A stretch of 64,000 nt of DNA, taken from NCBI RefSeq assembly GCF_964355755.1, contig NC_092677.1:22183175-22247174 (forward strand). Reading direction: 5' to 3'. This DNA is from Antedon mediterranea (Eukaryota > Animalia > Echinodermata). Shown here piece after piece: positions 1 to 13,600 of this stretch (position 1 is its first letter; each line of letters opens with the position of its first letter). A program made the position numbers and the translations under genes. The notes under the pieces are model-generated. The model saw only the letters and a list, made by a program, of their open reading frames with translations. It did no database searches and was not told the DNA's origin.

Positions 1-246
1 ACTCACTCCATGGTTCTGGTGGTAGAACGAGTCTTCTCGGATAAGGACTATAAACCGTAGGTCCAGTGTACACATCTGGCTCGTGTGCACTTTAAAGAAC
101 CTAGTACATCTTTCGAGATGAGTAGGGGGTTACCCCGGTGTATTAGTACATCACAGCCACTGATCACCAACTGGGCCCTCTGTGAGACCAGTCATTGACT
201 GAAGAGGTTACCCAGTATAAATATATATTTCAATCAATCAATCAAT
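1..246 (+). mobile_element. 3' part of a Deu/Nin-domain SINE (cut by window edge)
   Basis: GGATAAGGACTATAAACCGTAGGTCC...GTGCACTTTAAAGAACC...TTCGAGATGAGTAGGGGGTTACCCCGGTGT resembles the central Deu/Nin SINE domain. It ends in a (CAAT)n tail at 231-246. It is absent at the equivalent position (~61781) of the third Tx1 copy. Confidence 0.7.
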
Positions 247-2515
247 ACTTACAATTTGTATTTACGATATAAAATATTGCAAATATAGAAAAATATATAT
301 ATATTGGACAAATACAAATACATGCAGATAACATTGACATGTTTACAATATGAATATTGCAAATATAGAAAAATATATATATATTATTAAAAAATAAATA
401 CCAATAATTACAGATTTCATATAAGTTATTAAAATTGTCTAAAAACATAATCAAGGGTTACATTTAAAATCACTTGAAATAAAAAAGGGCTACACATTTA
501 TATTAAAACTTATACAGCATATGTCACACTAATATAAAATACAATTGTAAAACGTAGGGATAGAGATCTCCAGCACATATATATTTTAATTATTCAATAG
601 GTTAAATATCTTGTCTTTACTCTTTTTCCATTTCTGATCAGCAGTATACAAGTTATACGAATACTCATTATTTATGAGGTTTATAATTTCATTTTTAAAT
701 AGCCCCCAAATATTTGCAGATTCTTTTTTTTCTGTCGTTTCTAGTTCTTTATATATTATGGAGGATTTATATATACAAAAAGTAAAAACTGAAATTAATT
801 CGTTTACAAGTTTGTTTGTTGTTCCCAAAATTACATTAACCCACTTTGGGAAGTCTTGCTGTACTGTAAACTCATTTGGAAGACACTGAACCAGCATATC
901 TTTAAACTTTTTCCAGACTGGTTGAATAGTTTTACATGCAATTAATGAGTGTTTTTCATTTTCTATATGATTCTTACACTTATTACATTTGTCTGTTGTG
1001 GATAATTCTCATCTTTTTAGTCTTTTTTTACATATAAGGATTCGATGTAACAACTTAAAATTAAATTGTGCTACTTTTACCATGTGTTTCATTCTACATA
1101 CTTTTCTATTCCATATTTCATTCCAGTCAATAATTTCATCTCTAAATTCTATTTCCCATTTCATTTGAGGATTTGGAATAATACATATACCATTTATAAA
1201 CTGCTTATAATCGTAAGACGATCTTATCCTATTATGAAATATATTATGTTCTCTAAATTGTATATCTATGCGTGCATTTTCCAACCTTATTTGTTCTTTC
1301 CATATATCAGGTATTGCATTTATTGTTGCAAAGTATTCAATTAATCCATTCTGTTTATTCGACAGAGTTGGAATAATTTCTGCTGCAGTCAATAACCTGT
1401 TATTTACGACTATATCATTTACTCTTTTGTATCCAGAGTTTAACCAGGTGTTGAAATATAGAGATTTTCCCTCAATTGATGTTATAAATATGTTTTCCCA
1501 TAAGTGTTGTGACTTAATTTATTGTAAATGTTGCGGCTCTAAACAATATACAATATTGTTTAATTCAACAGCTGATTTCAACATATTCATATAAAATACT
1601 GGCATATTTTTTAATTTAGTATGCGCTTCAGTATTTAATTTACTACAATTCGCAGTATATCAACTGGATGCATATAGTAGTTTGGAATACATTTCCAAAT
1701 ACCTGGGTTAGGATTTAACAGTCTATTAACCCAACTCAACTTCAGAGAGTCCACTAAGATATTAAAATTCACCATATTTATACCACCTTTATCTACTGTG
1801 TTTATAAGAGTTTTTTTTTAAATTTTTTCCCTTTTTCCTCCCCACAAAATCTATATAACAATGTATCAACTTTTGGAAAGATATAAAATGGTACATCTAT
1901 TATACAAGCATTGTATATTAATTTCGAAATGGCAAGAGATTTTATTACTGTTGCCTTGCCAAAAAACATAAGGTTTCGTTTTTCCCATAGTTTTAGTGTA
2001 TTCTCTAATTTTAAAACTGTATCATCCCAATTTCGTTTAACACAAGTATGTTTATCATACCCTACGTAGATTCCAAGGAATTTCACTGGTTCTTTGGTCT
2101 ATTTGATATTAAATGGCGATGTTTGTTTGTTTTTATTTGCTCCAATCAAAATTCCTTTCGATTTACTTTTATTTAAACTTAAACCTGATATTGAACAGAA
2201 CATTTCAATTTCACACAGAAAATGGTTTAAACTAATTTCATCCTTTGTAAATATTACAGTATCGTCAGCTAGTTGAGCTATTTTAACAATATGATCTTCA
2301 TTTTCATAAAGCAGACAAAAGACAACCCTGTCTTACACCACATCTCATATTGAATCTTTCAGATATCCAACCATTGTGGGTTAAAAGGCATTGCGTATCT
2401 GTATATATAGTTTTTATCCAGTTAATAAATAACTGTCCAAAACCATATTTTTTCAGACATATAAACATTAAATTTCTATCTATAGAATCAAACGCCTTCA
2501 TAAAAGCTTACTTGT
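247..2515 (-). pseudogene. 5'-truncated Tx1/L1-clade LINE, copy 1 (RT C-half, C-terminal Cys/His knuckle, 3' UTR)
   Basis: Frameshifted ORF2 pieces: KAFDSID...GVRQGCLLS (2304-2501), AQLADD, FLGIYVG...WEKRNL..GKATVIKSLAISKL (1802-2086), FNFKLLHRIL (1009-1392). A CxxC...H...C motif is intact in copies 2 and 3. Confidence 0.9.
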
Positions 2516-5500
2516 TCGACCTCGATTTTACGTACAGACAGCGACCTCGATTTTACTTACAGACATCGACCTAGTTTTAACGTACAGATATCGACCCCGT
2601 TTTGACGTACATACATCGACAGCTATTTTACGTAAAGACAACGACCCCGATTTCACGAACAGACATCGATCACGTATTTACGTACAGGCATCGACCCCGA
2701 TTTTACGTACAGACATCGACCCCGATTTTACGTACATACAGCGACACCGTTTGACGTACCGACAACAACCTCGATTTTACATACAGACATCGACCCCGAT
2801 TTTACGTATATACATCGACCCCGATTTTACGTACAGACATTGACCTCGACTTTACGTACATGCATCGACCCTAATTTTACGTACAGTCATCGACCCCAAT
2901 TTTATATACAGACATCGACCCCGATTTTACGTACATACATTGACCCCGATTTTACGTACATGCATCGACCCTGATTTTACGTACAGACATCGACCTCGAT
3001 TTTACGTACAGTCATCGACCCCAAGTTTATGTACAGACATCGACCTAGGTTTTACGTACAGACATCGACTCTGTTTTTACGTACAGATATCGACCTAATT
3101 TTTACGTACCGACATCGACCTCGATTTTACGTACAGACATCAAACCTGATTTTACGTACAGACATCGACCTAGTTTTGACGTACAGACATCGACACAGAT
3201 TTTACGCAAAGACATCGACCCCGATTTCACGTACAGACATCGACCTAGTTTTTACGTACAGACATCGACACAGTTTTTACGTAGAGACAGCGACACCGTT
3301 TTACGTACCGATTACGACCCTGATTTTACGTACAGAAATCGACATAGTTTTTAGGTACAGACATCGACACCGATTTTACGTACAGACATCGACCTCGATT
3401 TTACGTACAGACATCGATCCCGTTTTTACGTACAGAAATCGATCCCCTATTTACTTACAGACATTGACCTAGTTTCTACGTACAAACATCGATCCCGATT
3501 TAACGTTCATACATCGACCCCGATTTTACGTACATACATCGACCCCGTATTTACGTACAGACATCGATCCCATATTTACTTACATACATCGACCTTGTTT
3601 CTACGTACAAACATCGACCCTGATTTAAGGTACATATATCGATCCCGATTTTACGTACACACATCGACTCCAATTTTACGTACATACATCGACCCTGATT
3701 TTACGTACAGACATCGACCCCAATTTTACGTACATACATCGACCCGATTTTACGTACAGTCATCGACCCAGTTTTTACGTACAGACATCGACCCCGATTT
3801 TTCGTACAGGCATCGACTCCAATTTAACGTACAAACATCGATCCCGATTTTATGTATACACATCGACCCCAATTTGACGTACAGACATCGACCCCGATTT
3901 TACGTACATACATCAGCCCCAATTTGACGTACAGACATCGACCCCGATTTTACGCACAGACATCGACCCCGATTTTACGTACAGACATCGACCTAGTTTT
4001 TACGTAAAGACATCCACCCTGATTTTACATACAGACATCGACCTATTTTTGACGTACCGACATCAACCTCGATTTTACGTACAGACATTGACCCTGATTT
4101 TACGTACATACATCGACCTCGATTTTAGGTACAGACATCGACCCCGATTTTACGTACAGACGTCGACCTAGTTTTGACGTACAGACGTCGACCCCGATTT
4201 CACGAACCGACATCGATCCCCTATTTACGTACAGACATCGATCTCGTATTTATGTACAGATATCGATCCCGTTTTTACGTACAGACATCGACCCTGATTT
4301 TACGTACATACATCGATCCCGATTTTACGTACATACGTCGATCCCTATTTTACGTACAGAAATCGACTCCGTTTAACGTACCGACATCGACGCGGATTTT
4401 ATATACAGACATCGACCTAGTTTTTGCGTACAGACATCCACCTAGTTTTTACGTACAGACATCGGCGTAGTTTTTACTTACAGACCTCGACATAGTTTTT
4501 ATGCAATGACAGCGACCCCGACTTTACGTACCGATATGGACCCCGATTTTACGTAAAGACATCGACCCAGTTTTTATGTACAGACATCGACCACGTTTTG
4601 ACGTACAGACATCGACCCCGTTTTTACGTACAGACATCGACCCCGTTTTGACGTACAGACATCGACCTAGTTTTGAACTACAGACATCGACATCGATCCT
4701 GATTTTACGTATAGACATGTACCCCGATTTTACGTACATACATCGACCCCAATTTTACGTACATACATTGACCCCGATTTTAGGTACAGACATCGACCCC
4801 GATTTTACGTACATACCTCGACCCCGATTTTAAGTAAGGTCATCGACCCAGTTTTACGTACAGACATTAACCTCGATTTTACGTACATACATCGACACCA
4901 ATTTTACGTACATACATCGACCCCAATTTGACATACAGACATCGACCCCGATTTTACGTACAGACATCAACCCCGATTTTAGGTACAGACATCGACTTAG
5001 TTTTTACGTACAGCATCGACCCTGATTTTATATACATTCATCGACCTAGTTTTGACGTACAGACATCGACCCCGATTTTATGTACAGACATCGAACTAGT
5101 TTTTACGTACGTACAGACATCAACCTAGTTTTTACGTACAGACATCGGCCTAGTTTTTACGTACAGACATCGACCTAGTTTTTACGTACCGACATCGACC
5201 TCGATTTTACGTGCAGACATTGACCCCGATTTTACGTACAGACATCGAACTAGCTTTGAACTACAGACATCGACTGAGTTTTTACGTACATACATCGACC
5301 CCGATTTTACGTACAGATATCGACCCAGTTTTTTCGTACAGACATCGACCTCATTTTTACGTACAGACATCGACCTAGTTTTGAACTACAGACATCGACT
5401 CCGTTTTTACGTACAGACATCGACCCTGATTTTACATACAGAAATGTACCCCGATTTTACCTACAGACATCGACCCCGATTTTACGTATAGACATCGACC

Positions 5501-6253
5501 TTGATTTAACGTACAGACATCGAACCCGTTTTTACGTGCAGACATCGATCCCGCTTTTACGTACATAAATCGACCACGATTTAACGTAGAGACATCGAAC
5601 CCGATTTTATGTACAGACATCGACGATGATTTTACATACAGACATCGACCTAGTTTTGACCTACAGACATCGACTTAGTTTTGACCTACAGACATCGACA
5701 CCGGTTTTACGTACAGACATCGACACCGGTTTGACGTACAGATATCGACCCTAATTTTACATACAGACATCGACCTAGTTTTGACGTACAGACATCGACC
5801 CCGTCTTTACATATAGACATCGATCTTGTTTTTTACGTACAGAGATCGACCTAGTTTTTACGTACCGACATCGACCCCTGATTTTACGTACAGACAGTGA
5901 CCCCGATTTTACATCGACCTAGTTTTGACGGACATATATCGACCCCGTTTTGACGTACAGACATCGACACCGATTTTACGCAAGACGTCGACCCCCATTT
6001 GACGTACAGACATCGACCCCGTATTTACGTATAGACATCGACCTAGTTTTTACGTACATACATCGACTCCGTTTAACGTACCGACATCGACCCCGTTTTT
6101 ACGTACAGACATCGACTCCGTTCTTACGTAAAGACATCGACCTCGATTTTACGTACAGACAGCGACTCCGATTTTACGTACAGACATCGACCCCGTTTTG
6201 ACGTACAGACATCGACACCGATTTTACGCAAAGACAATTCAACGACCCCGATT
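2516..6253. repeat. 25-bp satellite array 1 (consensus ACGTACAGACATCGACCCCGATTTT)
   Basis: Direct tandem monomers. Translated ORFs cycle a 25-aa pattern, which equals three 25-nt monomers. Confidence 0.97.
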
Positions 6254-7522
6254 TCTCACACAAAACATCAAAGTGTACAGAATAGCTTTAAATCGCATTT
6301 GGAGACGTTTTAGACCATTTTGTGATTTTCGAAAAAAAATGTTAACATAAAAACATCAAAGTGTACAGAATAGCTTCAAATCGCATTTGGAGACGTTTTA
6401 GACCATTTTGTGCATTTCGATGAAACTTGGTTACTCAAAAACATCAAAATGCTTAAAATCACATTAGAAACCGTTTTAGACCATTTTGTGCATTTCAAAA
6501 AAACTTGGTTACACAAAAACATCAAAGTGCTTAAAATCACATTAGAAACCGTTTTAGACTATTTTGAGCATTTCGATAAAACTTTTCACACAAAAACATC
6601 AAAGAGCACAAAATAGCTTAATATCGTATTTAAAAACGTTTTAGACCATTTTGAGCATTTCGACAAAACTTTTTCACACAAAACATCAAAGTGTACAGAA
6701 TAGCTTAAAATCGCATTTGGAGACGTTTTAGACAATTTTGTGATTTTCGAAAAAACTTGTTAACATAAAAACACCAAAGTGCTAAGAATAGCTTCAAATC
6801 GCTATTTTGAGCATTTCGATAAAACTTTTCACACAAAAACATTAAAGTGCACAAAATAGCTTAATATGGTATTTAAAAACGTTTTAGATCTTTTTAAGCA
6901 TTTCGACAAAACTTTTTCACACAAAACATCAAAGTGTACAGAATAGCTTCAAATCGCATTTGGAGACGTTTTAGACCATTTTGTGCATTTCGAAAAACTT
7001 GTTAACATAAAAACACCAAAGTGCTTAGAATAGCTTCAAATCGCATTTGGAGACGTCTTAGACCATTTTGTGCATTTCGATGAAACTTGGTTACACAAAA
7101 CATCAAAGTGCTTAAATTCACATTAGAAACCGTTTTAGACCATTTTGAGCATTTCGATAAAACTTTTCACACAAAAACATCAAAGAGCACAAAATAGCTT
7201 GATATGGTATTTGAAAACGTTTTAGACCATTTTGAGCATTTCAATAAAACTTTTTCACACAAAACATCAAAGTGTACAGAATAGATTCAAATTGCATTTG
7301 AAGACGTTTTAGACCATTTTGTGCATTTCGAAAAAAACTTGTTAACATAAAAACACCAAAGTGCCTAGAATAGCTTCAAATAGCATTTGGAGACGTTTTA
7401 GACCATTTTGTGGTTTTCGAAAGAACTTGTTAACATAAAAACACCAAAGTGCTAAGGATACCTTCAAATCGCATTTGGAACCGTTTTAGACCATTTTGAG
7501 CATTTTGATGAAACTTTTCACA
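6254..7522. repeat. ~87-bp satellite (with ~78-bp variants), array 1
   Basis: CACAAAACATCAAAGTGTACAGAATAGCTTCAAATCGCATTTGGAGACGTTTTAGACCATTTTGTGCATTTCG recurs about every 78-88 bp. Confidence 0.93.
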
Positions 7523-9134
7523 TAATAATTTTTTAATTTTATATAATGGAAATTTTGACCATTTTTAGAAAAAAAATCCTATGGTCCCCCGCAGCTAAAT
7601 TTTCGAAAAATTGCCAAATTTTGACCCTTTTATTTTTTGACATAACTAGTTACGATGGCTCTATAAGATGATGTTAGCACAATATATTTGCATAAATGCC
7701 AATATAATAGCATAATTATTGAATTTTAAACAATGAAAATTTTGGCCATTTTTCGAAAAAATTCCTATGGTCCCCCGCAGGGAAATTTTCGCAAAAATGG
7801 CCAAATTTCAAACCTTTTATTTTTTGACATAACTAGTTACTATGGCTCTATAAGATGATGTTAGCACAATATATTTGCATAAATGGCAATATTATAGCAT
7901 ACTTTTTTAATTTTAAACAATGGAAATTTTGACAATTTTTCGAAAAAAAAATCCTATGGTCCCCCGCAGCGAAATTTTCGAAAAATCGCCAAATTTCGAC
8001 CCTTTTATTTTTTGAGATAACTAGTTACGATGGCTCTATAAGATGATGCTAACACAATATATTTGCATAAATGCCAATATAATAGCATAATTATTGAATT
8101 TTAAAAAGTGGAAATTTTGGCCATTTTTCGAAAAAATTCCTATGGTCCCCCGTAGGAAAATTTTCGCAAAAATGGCCAAATTTCAAACCTTTTATTTTTT
8201 GACAAAACTAGTTACTATGGCTCTATAAGATGATGTTAGCACAATATATTTGCATAAATGGCAATATTATATAGGAAATTTTTTTAATTTTAAACAATGG
8301 AAATTTTGACCATTTTTCGAAAAAAAAAATCCTATGGTCCCCCGTAGCGAAATTTTCCAAAAATTGCTAAATTTCGACTCTTTTATTTGTTGACATAACT
8401 AGTTACGATGGCTCTATAAGATGATGCTAACACAATATATTTGCATAAATGCCAATATAATAGCATAATTATTGAATTTTAAAAAGAGGAAATTTTGGAC
8501 ATTTTTCGAAAAAATTCCTATATTCCCCCGCAGGGAAATTTTTCGCAAAAATGGCAACATTTCAAACCTTTTATTTTTTGACATAACTAGTTACAATGGC
8601 TCTATAAGATGATGCTAACCCAATATATTTGTATAAATGCCAATATTATAGCATAATTATTGAATTTTAAAAAGTGGAAATTTTGACCATTTTTTTGAAA
8701 AAATTTCTATGGTCCCCCGCAGGGAAATTTTCGCAAAAATGGCCAAATTTCAAACCTTTTATTTTTTGACATAACTAGTTTCTATGGCTCTATAAAATAA
8801 TGTTAGCACAATATATTTGCAAAAATGGCAATATTATAGCATAATTTTTGAATTTTAAAAAGTGGAAATTGTTTCCATTTTTCAATAAAATTCCGATGGT
8901 CCTCCGCAGAAAATATTTTCGAACATTGCCGAATTTCGACACTTTAATTTGTTTATGTAACTAGTTACTATAGCTCTATAAGATGATGTTAACAAAATAT
9001 ATGTGCATAAATTTTGAATTTTAAAAAGTGGAAAATCTTTACATTTTTCGACCCTTTTGTTTTTTGACATAACTAGTTGCTATGGCTCTATAAGATGATG
9101 TTAGCACAATATATGTGCATAAATGGCAATATTA
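7523..9134. repeat. ~187-bp satellite, array 1, left part (interrupted by Gypsy)
   Basis: CTATGGTCCCCCGCAG anchor at ~7579, 7766, 7954, 8140, 8332, 8518, 8707 and 8895. Each monomer also has CTAGTTAC.ATGGCTCTATAAGATGATG. Confidence 0.93.
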
Positions 9135-9748
9135 TGTAATATAATGTTGGGTTGTTGAGGTACTAAAGAAAGACTCTAACTCGCTTGACTGTCGTAACAC
9201 ATATATTATTTATTCAGTATAATACTTCAGTACAATATACAACTATAAGTATAGATAAGGAACGCGGAGGATCAATGATGCTGTCGGTGAGGTGTGGTGT
9301 GTGTAGGTCTGCTTCTGGAGAAGTGGTTGTAAGGTGTGTGCTCCGTGAGGTGGCTGTAAGATGTGTCTGGGCCCTTCTGAAACTTGGGGGTATATTGGCT
9401 CAGTTCATTTGCATAATGTCATTACATCATCTGTGAGGGTAACGATTGGTCCTAAGTTGATCCAGGGGTGTTTAAGTGGGAGTGATTAACGGTATCATAA
9501 GGTATTTCTGTGATGGATGACACTGTCAAATCTGTACTTAAATAGTGTCGATCACTCCTGGTTTTAACGATGGGAAAGTCACAAAATTAAGCTAAGTGTT
9601 TTCTTTAGGGATTCTATTATAAACTAAATGGTCATTAAAACATCTGGACAAACTCTCCTTCGGACTTTCTGGGTCAGGTTTGTGAACCTATTTAAATTCC
9701 GATACAAAGGTCAATTTCTTAAATATAACAGTATATCATTATATCACA
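9135..9748 (-). repeat. 3' LTR of Gypsy element
   Basis: Identical by eye to 17045-17658 (offset 7910). Terminal inverted repeat TGTAATATAATG...CATTATATCACA. AATAAA on the minus strand at 9209-9214. Confidence 0.96.
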
Positions 9749-9774
9749 TCCCTCTGTTTCCCTTTTTTTTTTTC
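9749..9774 (-). promoter_or_regulatory. Polypurine tract (plus-strand primer)
   Basis: Minus strand reads poly-A then GGGAAACAGAGGGA, directly abutting the 3' LTR. Confidence 0.85.
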
Positions 9775-10660
9775 TAATCTATTTAACATATAAAAATGGT
9801 TATAATAGTGGCATGCAAAATTAAAGTTATATAAAAGAAAAAAAACATTATTATACATATATGCAAAATTGAGTTAGCCAAAACCATTGACTCTGAAGTG
9901 TAACCTTATCACTTTCACTCTCTCTCTTCTCTCTCTTAAAAAAATGAAATTAAAATTGAATTTGGTATAAAATTCGCGTAAATCAAACATAAATCAGTTG
10001 AAAATAAAAATACAAAACTTAAAAATAGTATGTTACATTGAACATACATCAAATCGTGCGACAACTCATCGCGTTCTAATGGCCTTCAAACATAAATCAT
10101 CAAATCAAAACATAAAACTCAAGAAACTGTGGCTGATTAGCCTAAAATCAAATATCAAACTTAATCACTTAAAACTTTAAAAGAAACAAATGTGTATGTC
10201 CCGTTGACACAAACTTATCCACAATATATCGTTATCGTCACAACTTTATCGATTTAAGCATTTATATTTACAGGTAATTACGATTTCAATCGGTCGGCAA
10301 ATTCGACTTTTGTACTCAATGTCAACAAAATTACAATTAAAAGTACTAAGAAAATCTCCTGTTATTGTATATCAATTAATTAATGCTTGAGATTAACGAC
10401 TCAATTCAAAGGTTAAACAAAATATTTGTTACAAAATGATTGTCGTTCTTTTCAATATCTCAATATATCGATCATTCAAAATTCAAAATTAATCTTTATC
10501 AAAAAACTCGTTACAAAATCAATACTTAAACATAAATTCAATTCTCTTTTAACTGAAATCACATTATTATTTAACAAATCTCATCAAAATACGTAGACTA
10601 TGCTATCAATAATTTAGCAAATGTCGTAATTTAAAAATAATCTTGCAAAAAAAATTTAAA

Positions 10661-13600
10661 TCAGTAATTTGTTGCATTATACAAACGTTTTATGAATCGT
10701 TTTGGCGATCCACTTATCGGTATCTGTTTATCATTAATGATCTCTTTAATCAATTTATCTGTATCGTTATATCTGTCAATATTCCACCAAAATTTGCGAT
10801 CATTAGATTCTTGTTTTGTTTTATCGGTGTTGCGTTTGACTGAAGTCGGTTTAGAATACGAAACTAAAACTTGGAAATGTCCTGCTTTAAATCTACCTCG
10901 GTTTAATGTCATACTTGAATCATTAGGTGCTGTCATGATTAGATTAGTTTGTTCCTTAATTTGTTCTTCTTTCATTTGGAATGGGGCTGCTAATTCCATG
11001 TTGTTCTCTACACAGTCAATGTAAGGTTGCAAGTTAAGGGGCTCTATCTTTGTTGGATGTGTAAGGGTATCTGATTGCAATTGGGTGGGTGTCCTATCAT
11101 GTTCGTCTACAAATTCAACATTGGTTTCGTCATTTACTACATTAATGGTGTTTTGGATTTTCTCGTTATTATCATCGGTGGGTTCATTCAACAATTGTTT
11201 AAGTTTTTGTAGATGTGTAAAATTTTTGCGTTCTTTAGGCGTTCTCATAAAACAGGGTTTCAGTCTGTTATAATTGAATACGTCGCGAAGTATTTCTCCT
11301 TTAATCGTTGCTAGGATGTAGTGTGTTCTGTCTAGTACTTCATGAATTACTAATGGTCCGACCCATTCTGCGGCGATTTTCTTTGAATTTGCTGTTAGTG
11401 ATGATGATGTTGGCTTGTATAAATATACGAGTTGTCCTACTGAGTAAATTGGACTTTTTTCTAAGCGTTGGGAAATCTTTGAGTTTTGGACGTTTTGTTG
11501 TGTTCGCTGTAATTGTAGCATTGTCTGTGAAATGTTTTGAAATTTCTTCTTGAGATGTTCAAAGTATTCTTCGTAGGAATGAGACAATCCTGAAATAGGG
11601 TTAAATGCTAATGAGGTCAAACTTGGAGGTTGGCGGCCAAAAACTAATTCGTAAGGGGAGTGGTTTCCTAGATGTGGGGATGAAAACGAGTTATAAGCAT
11701 AACATGTTGTTGATACAAATCTAACCCAATCTGTTCCGAATTGGTTAAGGTTGACCTTTAACAGGTCCGATACGGTGCGGATATGACGTTCAACTTGTAA
11801 ACTACCGTGATTGTGGACGCTGATGATTTTCCTATCAATATTAAGGGTGTTACATAATAGTGTTAATAATTTTCCTGTAAGGGAGGTTGCTGCATCTGAA
11901 ATAAGACGAGATGGGGGTCCAAAAATACTGATGACCTTTTGAATTAGTGCTTCACAAATTGTTTCGGCATCAATGGATTTCAAAGGAACACAAATCAAAA
12001 ATCTAGTTATCTCATCACATACTACCATAATATGTTTAAAACCTGAAGGTGAAGTTGGCATACTCTTAAAATCTAGACTGAGTGTATGAAAGGGACGGTA
12101 AGTTGCTGGTACTCGATCGTGTAAAGGACGTAATTTATCGGTTTTGGGACGAAATTGTTGACATCTAAGACACGCTTGGGTATAATTGTTGACTTTCTCG
12201 AACATAAGAGGCATGTAAAATAATTTCCTAATAGTAAGGTAAGTACGCATCGTACCTTGGTGGCTACTTAACAAATTGTCGTGATACTGAGAAATAATAG
12301 TCTCGGCTAAGTTTTCAGGAACAGCTAATTGCAATACAAATTCTCCACCTTTATCTTGGAAAAATAAACGGAATAGTAAACCGTTGCACAATATGTACTG
12401 CTCTGACTTATTCTGAACTGCACGAGCTGCTTTCTTATCAGCTGGAAGGATATCATGAACTAAATAATCGTAAACTGGCTTAAAAAATGGTGAAGTTTCT
12501 TGTTCAACACGTAATTGTTTAACGTCTACTGGGAGGTTATAATCTCTAATTATCTTTCTTTGAATAACATCCATTAATCTATCTAAGTCTTGTTGTTTTG
12601 GGATGTGTGCTGACTTAAATTCGGTTATGTTGGGTACTAGTGGTTTGGGCGATGTATACAATTCAACTGGTACGTTTCGATGTGTAGTATCTTTGTTTTG
12701 CTTACTTTTGTCTACTAGTCGTTCCTCTGGAGGTTGTCGAATGTTTACATTACGTATTGGGGGTGGCGTTACGATGGGTGGCGTTGTGATAGGCGGTGAT
12801 CGATGTGCGTTTGTTTGTTGTCTCGTGATTATTTGTGGTGTAGCGGTAGGTTGAGGTGTAGGTCGCGTGTTTGTTGTCACTGGATTTTGATTAATGACGG
12901 GCGTTTGTACTGGTTTGGGTTTATGTAGGTCAGGTATATTTATTCCCATTTTCTTGGCGTATGACCTTGTTACTGGTCTGCTAGTAGATGTGTTTGTAAT
13001 CGGGTTAAGAGATTCAGTCTCTGTAATATTAAATGCAATGGGTACAACTTGATCAATTTCGGAATCGTCATCACGAGGGGCTCGGGAGAGAAAATCTGCT
13101 AAAACTAATTCAGTTCCTTTCTTATAACCAATTTGGAAAATGTATCCGGACAATCGTAATATTAGTTTCTGTAAACGGGGTGTACATGGCTGATCTTTTG
13201 AATTCCAAATTTGTACAATTGCTGAGTGGTCTACGAATGCATCAAATTCGCAACCCTTTAGTAAATGTCGAAATGCTGAAACGTTAATGTAAAGTCCAAA
13301 TAACTCTAATTCTGTGACGCTATATCGTTGACAGGCTTGTGGTAAGATTTTGGAATAATAACCTATTATGTGTTCTTTACCGTTTACTGTTTGTGTTAAA
13401 TATGAACCTGTTGCGGTTCTTGAAGTGTCGCTATATAGCGTAAATCTACCTTCTTTTCTAGGCATTTGAAGAGTTGGTGGTTTAACCATTAATTGTTTAA
13501 TTTCGTCAAATGCTTTCTGGTGTTCAGTAGACCAACAAAATTTTCGGCGTTTGCTTGCGAGTGTGTGTAACGGACGTAAAATTGATTGTATTTGAGGGAA

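Noticed and set aside
6254-9134. Hammerhead ribozyme in the 87-bp or 187-bp satellites
   Set aside because: No CUGANGA core paired with GAAA and flanking helices was found by eye on either strand.
9185-9436. 83-aa ORF duplicated at 17095-17346
   Set aside because: It lies in the LTR, antisense to the element, with a TTG start and no recognisable motif. The duplication simply reflects the two LTRs.
9749-10660. Possible env/ORF3 in the ~0.9-kb region between pol and the 3' LTR
   Set aside because: No minus-strand ORF of 60 aa or more in the track. It is an AT-rich 3' UTR.
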